Below, one piece after another: positions 36,230 through 43,955 of a stretch of 43,955 nucleotides of DNA. Below the pieces are notes generated by a model. The model was not told where the DNA came from and searched no databases. It saw nothing but the letters and a program-made list of their open reading frames with translations. The stretch spans positions 66,834,653 to 66,878,607 of the forward strand of contig NC_068985.1 in the NCBI RefSeq assembly GCF_001194135.2. The letters run 5' to 3'. The DNA comes from Octopus bimaculoides (Eukaryota). A program made the translations under genes and the position numbers. Numbering within the stretch: the stretch's first letter is position 1; each line of letters starts with the position of its first letter.

Positions 36230-37445
36230 CCAATATCTGCAGTTAAGTTCTGATCTGTGTGGTTTTTGAAATATTCTTTGAGGCCTCATGTAGATTTGTA
36301 GACCTCATGGCTTACATGACATTGAAATTTGTGCACAGACATATAGGCACCATAGTTGGTGGAGGTTTGTTTTTGATGGGTACATATACATATTTTATGG
36401 ATGTTGTGATATCCAAGCGGTTCTCTCTATTTAAATTAGCTTTTCAAGGAACATTGGGAAGTAATCAATTCTTGTGTTGAAGGGGCCTTGCCATTTTGTA
36501 TGCTTGAAAAATAAGATTGAGTCAAGAGAGTGGACCCAGGGAGGCAACAAGTGGCGGGGGATGGGAACTAACTCCTCAGTATAATTTTTGAAGTGGTCAA
36601 CTTTATATATTAAGGTGTGGTCTGTACTTTTCTATGAACAGGTTCTCCTTGTTTAGGCGTTCTTTTAAGGAGATTGAATCTTTGCATTGGGATAATGGAA
36701 TGATATAGAAATTCGGCGTTTTATTTCTTGCGTATCAGTCAATATGTTCGCTCAGGGCAATCTACATGTACTGAGGAAAACTAATCTGTTCTTTATGCAG
36801 CGTGACTTTGCGTCTCAAAGTAAGGCTCGTTTGGCCCACATAATTGTGGCGACAACCTGGCTAGGTTACGACATAGACAAGTTTCTGAGAAACACATGTG
36901 AAGTTGGTCTTCATTGAGAATTTTTCTTCTTACCGGATTATGGGCATGTACCACAATTAGGTTGTCTGCATTTTCCCACTTTTGGTATCGTATGAATTGA
37001 GTATAGTTTTGCATTTGTTAGGAGTCTCTTGAGTGATTTGTGTTGTCTTTTGTATTTGATGATTTTATGTGTATTGAGGATGTTGTTCATCTTTGGGTCT
37101 TGAGTGAGCAGAGGGAGATTTTGTATAATTGTGTTGTATGCTTCATTGTTTCTGGGGTTGTGGGTTAATATGTATGAGAGTAATTTAAAGTGAGGTGTGA
37201 CGTTTTGTTTTGTTGTCCTTAGTGTGTTTGTGTCCAATTTGTTAGCACGTTTAATACCATGGTCTATAATTGCAGGTGGGTACTGTGGCTCTATGAGTGT
37301 TACTTTGAGGTGTCCACTGTGTAGACACATTCTTATTTTTCAAGTATACAAAATGGCGAGACCCTTTTGTCACAAGGATTGATTACTTCTCAATGTCTCT
37401 TGAAAAACTAATTTAAACATGACATCCATAAAATATTTATATATT
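36230..37445 (-). mobile_element. Second, distinct Penelope-like element (Neptune-like): RT tail/linker/GIY-YIG (~37300-36585) with inverted partial terminal repeat (37310-37445 vs 36385-36545)
   Basis: LKVTLIEPQYPPAIIDHGIKRA..KCRQPNCGTCP..MKTNFTCVSQKLVYVVT*PGCRHNYVGQTSLTLRRKVTLHKEQI..RLNKENLFIEKYRPHLN. Confidence 0.88.
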
Positions 37446-37502
37446 AAAAAAATTCTTTATAAAAGGATATTAAACTGTACAAAGTAGGCATTTCTTTTCC
37501 AC

Positions 37503-37551
<49 letters not shown>

Positions 37552-39570
37552 GTTTTTCTTCTCAAGGGTCTTATTGGACCCTATGCTTATGGAATTCCTC
37601 TTTATTTGAAATGGTTGCACAGGGCAATCGAATATATCGACTGAAAAGATAATGGTACTCCGAATGACATCACTAGGATCATAATAATTCAAGTAACAAT
37701 AGTAATGAGTGTGTTGCAATATCACCTAGGAAGGAAACCATCTTCATATTTCAACTTCCATGGTTAAATATCAATAAATATATTTAGTAGAGAAAAGCTA
37801 TCTTTAACATTTTCTAATTTAGTGCCTATGCACGCTCAACTCAGTTTCTTAACAAAGCTTCAGCAACAAAGGAGAACGTATCCTTCGATCCGGCATGAAT
37901 TGATGCAAATGAAAAGCCTATATCTCATTTCATTGATCTTTGAATTTGGCAAGAATGAGATAATGAAATATCGAAATGAAATATTAGAATGCTTTCGTTA
38001 CACCCTATACACGTATTCATGCCTATGAAGGTAAATGCAGTTTTGACAATGACTCAATGTAAGAAATAACCTTGTTTGGATGCATAAGATAGTTACTGAA
38101 TTAGACTTGAGTGTGGAGTTCACATTTGATAAAGTTTTAGAGTTGTTCAAATTGACTACAATATGAGAATATCTTTCAGAGTTATACTTAGAACTGAGAG
38201 CACATTCCTACTTATTTGCGCTTTCTTTCGGTTTAACATCATACGAATTGGAAGACAAAAACTGTGGGAAGGTGTGTAACTGTTGAAAGCGTGATCTCAT
38301 AAACATACGGATCTACTTGCATGCGTCGTACTTGTGGCTTTCTTAGGCTGTAAAAAACTTAATTATATATGAGTAAAACACGATATATTTCGGTATGCAA
38401 GCAGAGAATTTGTCATAAATACCAAATCCATGTTTTAATGAAGCATTAAATGACATTGATTAAGTAAATATACATAGGATTTACAAATTCAGACTCACTG
38501 GCCGACATGTAAATAATCTGTTTCTTATCTAAGTTACGCTCATTTCGAAGGCAAGGCAATTTAAAAATAGTTCTTGAGTTCATTTGAAACAAATATATTT
38601 GCATTTGTTATGTTTAATAATGTTGTTACTAGCTTGTCCCACATCTGCCTCGAACAAGCTGGTCTTTGATCAAATACATTCTGCACAACCATGACCATAC
38701 CGTTTTATTTATAAACATGATATACTTAAATTATGTTATACTTTGCTTCTTTCCAGTATGTTATTAAACATTAGTGGTATTGCTACAAGAGAATCGGTGG
38801 CTACTTCTAGCGGTTTAAGGTAATCTCTTGTAGGCTTTCTCTTTGGTTTCTATAGTTTAGTGCAATAGTACTAATATTTCAGTGTTCAGAAAATCTACGT
38901 TATAAGCTGCACAATTTTATGAAAATTAGTGTTCATAATTTCTTGATATATTTTATTTGTTACTTAATCGCATTTGTTACTTAACTCCTAGGTATCCAAC
39001 CGATTGTTATACGACAGTACACTGCAGGCATTAAATAGGATATACAGTTAACATTAATGAAAACTTAGCTTCTTCGAAGACTGTAATTACACTCAAAGAT
39101 GACCATCAACGAAGACGCATGATCTTTTGTTCGTCATTTTGTTTATGTAGACTTCGGTAAACTACTTCGCATTGCATTGTTTTTTTTTCTCGTCATAATA
39201 TTTCCCTCGACAGTTATATTATTACATTACATTAATAACTGATGTGTTTTAGATCGGTATTGAACTATTGAATTATCAGATCTAAAGATATTAGATCCAT
39301 CAAATAAGCTGCAGTTTATAGATCAAGCATAATCATGTTCGGATCGAAATATGCTATATATTATTCACACAACTTTGCAATGTATTATTCATGCGGCAAG
39401 AATTAGAATAATCATAAATGTAAATATTTAATACTGTAATATTTTATCATATCATACCACAATGACCCCAGGGAATTGTTAAAGGGATGTAATTAGTCAC
39501 AGCTTCACGGAGTTGCATAGGTGAGAAAGATAGCATAAATAAAAGATCGAACAAAAATAAAGATAATACT

Positions 39571-39738
39571 GGCGCAGGCCCGGCTGTGTGATATGAAGCT
39601 TGCTTCTAAAGCACATGATTCCAGGTTCAGTTGTATTGCGTGGCACTTTCGGTAACTGTCTTCTGCTATAACTTCGGGCCGACCAAATCATTGTGTGCGA
39701 ATTTGGTAGACGGAAACTGAAAGAAATCTGTCGTCTAT
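39571..39738 (+). mobile_element. tRNA-derived SINE 5' half
   Basis: GGCGCAGG..GGCTGTGTG..CAGGTTCAGT..GCGTGGCAC..TTTGGTAGACGGAAACTGAAAGAA. Confidence 0.85.
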
Positions 39739-39751
39739 ATGTGTGTGTGTG

Positions 39752-39783
<32 letters not shown>

Positions 39784-39845
39784 CGTGTGTGTGTGAGTGT
39801 GTGTGTATGTATGTATGTATGTATGTATGTTTGTATGTATGCATG

Positions 39846-39876
<31 letters not shown>

Positions 39877-39896
39877 TTTAAAAACTAACGATCTCT

Positions 39897-40135
39897 GGAG
39901 CTGTTAAAATTCAGGCTATGTGTGCTTCCTACCTAGCAAAATCTCGGAAATAATGGCTACTCAACGAGGGGTACTCCACTAGCTACTCATCACGTAAAAA
40001 CTTCCTTAGTCAGATGAAGTTATGCTGTCATCAAGTGATCTCGAGTTAGCTATTGGAGTACCCCTCGTTCATTAATTATCATCTCAGAGCTTCTGCTAGC
40101 GAAGAAGCATATGTAACCTGGATTTTACCTGCTCC
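39897..40135. repeat. Foldback/MITE-like hairpin, ~95-bp imperfect arms
   Basis: AACGAGGGGTACTCCACTAGCTA vs TAGCTATTGGAGTACCCCTCGTT (22/23), extending outward to GGAGC.G.TAAAAT.CAGG.TA..TGCTTC. Confidence 0.75.
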
Positions 40136-40199
40136 ATTCCCTCAATTTGGATATATCTACATACAACACACACACATTTATACTTATATATATATATAT

Positions 40200-40257
<58 letters not shown>

Positions 40258-40259
40258 GT

Positions 40260-40660
40260 ATGGAACAAAAACGCAATAGAGGACAATAAAATATTCAGAC
40301 AGATAGACAATACAAAGGCGAACAAGAGAAACAACATTAGAAAGATAGGCAAAAATATACGGGTCATTCGTGGCCTTCTTTCCTCAGTCAAGTACCAGAA
40401 GTCACAACCGTTTCGGGCAGTTACAACTGAGACTGTTCTATCTAGTCGCCCCCCACCAAAACGTCTAAGCTAAGAGCATTAGACCCCTTTGTAAGAAAGC
40501 TAGCGAATGTGTACGGCTACAAAGAGAAAAAACGGAGAGCGTGGTACACAAAAAGACTAAACAGGGAAAACATGGCACACAATTACAAATACAAACAACA
40601 AGAAAATAACAACAGGTGTCTTTCGACTGAGAACGGATCAAATTGAGCTGCTGGCGTGTT
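40260..40660. repeat. Probable PLE-associated interspersed repeat, followed by (TTC)n at ~40745-40797
   Basis: TCCTCAGTCAAGT..CTAAGCTAAGAGCATTAGA..GCGAATGT; assignment is from recall only. Confidence 0.4.
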
Positions 40661-40743
40661 TTAAGTGAAAGCCTAAACGCAGAAACATAGCAGATAAACA
40701 AGTCAAGATAAAAGATACAACAACTTCACCTCTGTCGGGGTCA

Positions 40744-40774
<31 letters not shown>

Positions 40775-41293
40775 CTTCTTCTTCTTCTTCTTCTTCTCGT
40801 CCCCTACACTCTCTCGTCCGCAACATCACCGCCGCTGATGCCTCTATCAAAATCATCACCTTCTCTTTCTCTTCATCCTCCCATTCCTCCTTGTCTTGCT
40901 CCCCTCATCCCTTTCATCTTCCTCCTCCCCTTCCACTTCTTCCTCCTCTTCCACTTCTTCCTCCTCTTCCACTTCTTCCTCCTCCCCTCTTCCTATCTCT
41001 CCTCCTCCTCCTCCTGCTTATAAATTTCAAAGTATTTATTCACTTGCCCAGTTGTGCTGCATAAAAAATCCCTCTTGTTATGAAGTTAATCTCATGAATG
41101 AATGCAGTGCTTTTCTGCTTTTAAGTGTTCAATAATAGGCCGCGCCTGATTTAAATATTTCCTTTTTGACTAATTATTTCAAATAGTTATCAAACTTGAA
41201 GGTGAATTGACAGTTATTGGAGCACTGGAGAGAATATCTTACGATATTTTTTCTGACTGTCTGTGCTAAGGAGCTCGACTTTGTCTTCCATCT

Positions 41294-41458
41294 AGGCGCA
41301 GGTGTGGCAATCTGGTAAAATGCTTGCTTCCCAACAATGTATCATTGCATTTCAGTCTCGCTGCGTTGCACCTTAGGCAAGAACCTTTCAGTATGCTACC
41401 GGTATGATTAAAGCTTGTATTTGGATTTGGTAGACGGAAACTGAAAGCAGACCGTTAT

Positions 41459-41459
<1 letters not shown>
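41294..41459 (+). mobile_element. Degenerate tRNA-derived SINE 5' half
   Basis: AGGCGCAGGTGTGG..GCTTGCTTCCCAAC..GGATTTGGTAGACGGAAACTGAAAG. Confidence 0.8.
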
Positions 41460-41491
<32 letters not shown>

Positions 41492-42383
41492 CATATATAT
41501 GTGTGTGTGTGTGTAAGATTATTAAAGTGGCTAGACGCAAAATAAAATAAGTCATAATTTAATTGTCATTAAAAGTGACTAGGGTGCAATTCTACACCGA
41601 CATTGCTAGAAATAAGAGTCAAAGAACTCTTAGCCACGAACAGAGCTCAATTTAGGGAGTATCAAATGAATTAATGAGGTATTTTATTCACTGGCACTTG
41701 AGTTAAAGATGGAATTATTACCAACAGGTAAATTTTCTGGAAGATGGGAGGAGGTGGCAGAATATGTTTTTCCTACTTCTTGAAGAATTATGCTGTTTCC
41801 TTTCGAATTGTAACGTTTGTTTTCTAATTGCTGCTGCAGTCATTTAGTTCTAGATCAGCCGGATTAAACAAGCATTCTATGGTAATTGTTTCCAATGTGA
41901 CCATAATTTATCTTTTCCAGTTATAGTGTTATCCAATGTGTCCTTCATTAATAAACAAGCTTTTCATTTTTAAAACGATGCTTCATGAATAAGAGAAATA
42001 TGGCGACTCTTTCTTCACAAAAGAGGAATGAAATAACTAGTTCAGCTTTGTTCGCTTCTTAGCTTCTTTTGTTTTCAGTAACATGAATTATCTGGCTTTT
42101 TAAAGATTGGTTTTACTTTGATGCAACTCAGGAATGCAGGTGTATGAGGTATTAAAGGTATTAAATCGTATGAATTCAAACGTATACGGTATTAAATATT
42201 TAGTATTGTTCTTTATTAAGCTCGATTATGCAAATAGTCAGATTTTGACGACAGCGTGAAAACAAAATTTCATGTATCAAATACTATACCGTGTTATTCT
42301 GGTATAGGCGCATGTTTCACGGTTCTACCACTGTCTTACAGTAAAAAATTTAAATAATAAATAAAAACAACAAAAGAGCTTGA

Positions 42384-42427
<44 letters not shown>

Positions 42428-42437
42428 NNNNNNNNNN

Positions 42438-42481
<44 letters not shown>

Positions 42482-43439
42482 CTTGAATATTACATTTCTC
42501 CATAGATACACGTCTAACTACTTATAACATACACTAGATAATACAAGATATTGACAAAAGCCGAAATAAATCGAAGAAAAAGATATCATGAAAGCACTGC
42601 AATTAAGTAAATTTATCAAAACTTATTACTTTGGCATAGCTTGTATTTTCGTTAATGGAATTTGACCGGGGGATATTTTAGAGTTGGTGCAGTCAGTAAT
42701 TATCGAAACTTTCTCTTCCTTACTGTCTCCTCACACTCTCAAGTTATGATTTGGTGCACAGACGATATATTCACACACAATATATTCCATAATAATATAT
42801 ATATATAAAAAAAAAATAAGGGAAGCAATGATAGTATTACCAACATCACCAACGTCAGCAGCAGCAGCATTATCGAAATCTTAGAACCACTGACTTCACA
42901 TTTCTCTTCATCAGTGCAGCATTAGACAACATTACAATAGTTTTTTTCGGTTTCATTCAACTTTTTCTAATTCCTCTTCTCGTACCACTCATCATTTTCA
43001 ATATTGTAGTTATGATACTATAACAAGAAAATTATATGATGAGCGGTTAAAATTTTCTGCGTCCCTTATAGTTTTTCTATAATTTCTTCTGTAACACCGT
43101 CTTTCCATTACACACACACACACATCCACACATACACACACATACATATAGACACAATGAGAGCATTGCACGTCAACAGAAGAAAGCATATATATATATA
43201 TGTATATAAGTATGTTTATGAGTTTCTGTTTGTTTGTTTGTGTGTGTGTGTGTGTGTTTGTATGATGGAAAAAGAGTGTTACGGAAGAAAATATAGGAAA
43301 ACCATAAGGGAGGCAAAAGATTTTAACCTCAAATCATATTATTTTCGTGTATCACTCGCTGGATTGGGTATCATTATTTATCACGTTATTTAAATTTATT
43401 TCTCCCTTTCTCCTTTAGTTATCATTTTCTCATTTGTTA

Positions 43440-43790
43440 CATTTATATTATTTTGATTTGGTCATATATAGCCCACTTTCTTGCTATGCTGAATCTCATT
43501 CCTCTAGACATCTAACCAAATGTTTCTAGCTGCATCGGCATTTGGCACTTTATCCTCCTGTTTATCGATCTAATTGCTCAACTGTTGGTAAAGTTTGCTG
43601 ACACTGTTTTTGAAGAGTCTCTTCTTCATGAAGTAGTATAATTCTTTGAATGTATTTTCTTTCTGTTTTTTGACATTCTTCTCCTTCAATTTCATTTTTA
43701 CAATTATTACTGTTAGCCTTCTAAGATATCTATTGAACCGATCGTTTTGATTCTCAACTCTCCATTTCCCTAAGTGATTTTTCCATTTTG
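43440..43790 (-). mobile_element. Probable R4/Dong LINE fragment
   Basis: KRLFKNSVSKLYQQL..EDKVPNADAARNIWLDV resembles the R4/Dong NRLF....RLYQEL...PDAEE...FW..IW block. Confidence 0.5.
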
Positions 43791-43874
43791 TTTAACTTTT
43801 AACCACAAGCATTCCTATGGGAACAGAGAATCTTGCAAACCAAATCCCAGAAGGATACACACACACACACATAT

Positions 43875-43875
43875 A

Positions 43876-43938
<63 letters not shown>

Positions 43939-43955
43939 ATATATATATATATATA
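43875..43955. repeat. (ATCT)n/(AT)n microsatellite; many other (TA)n, (CA)n, (TATG)n and (AAT)n tracts occur, mostly flanking N gaps
   Basis: Read directly. Confidence 0.95.

Overview
AT-rich, gap-ridden eukaryotic scaffold. It is probably cephalopod (Octopus-like), judged from recall of its tRNA-derived SINE families rather than from a database search. I cannot recognise any intact host protein-coding gene, rRNA, tRNA or CRISPR array. Every long X-containing ORF in the track is an artefact of N gaps and microsatellites. The window is mostly decayed mobile DNA: SINEs, LINE fragments (CR1, RTE, probable R4/Dong), three Penelope-like elements (PLEs) each with an inverted terminal repeat copy, two mariner relics and several foldback/MITE-like hairpins. 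The standout is a ~4.2 kb head-to-tail array (11085-15300) of diverged elements. Each encodes only a Gag/ORF1-like protein (SYAA N-terminus, RRM-like segment, CCHC knuckle, SPP-KKKK tract, YVRYExLPNV C-terminal block), and no reverse transcriptase is visible. The units are joined through a highly conserved TATA...AATAAA 3' module, an organisation reminiscent of HeT-A or HAL1. Other points: hammerhead-ribozyme-like motifs in PLE termini; a mariner relic whose flanking DNA is duplicated in inverted orientation (25603-27027); and speculative micro-exon and recursive-splice signals at 16.7-24.3 kb.
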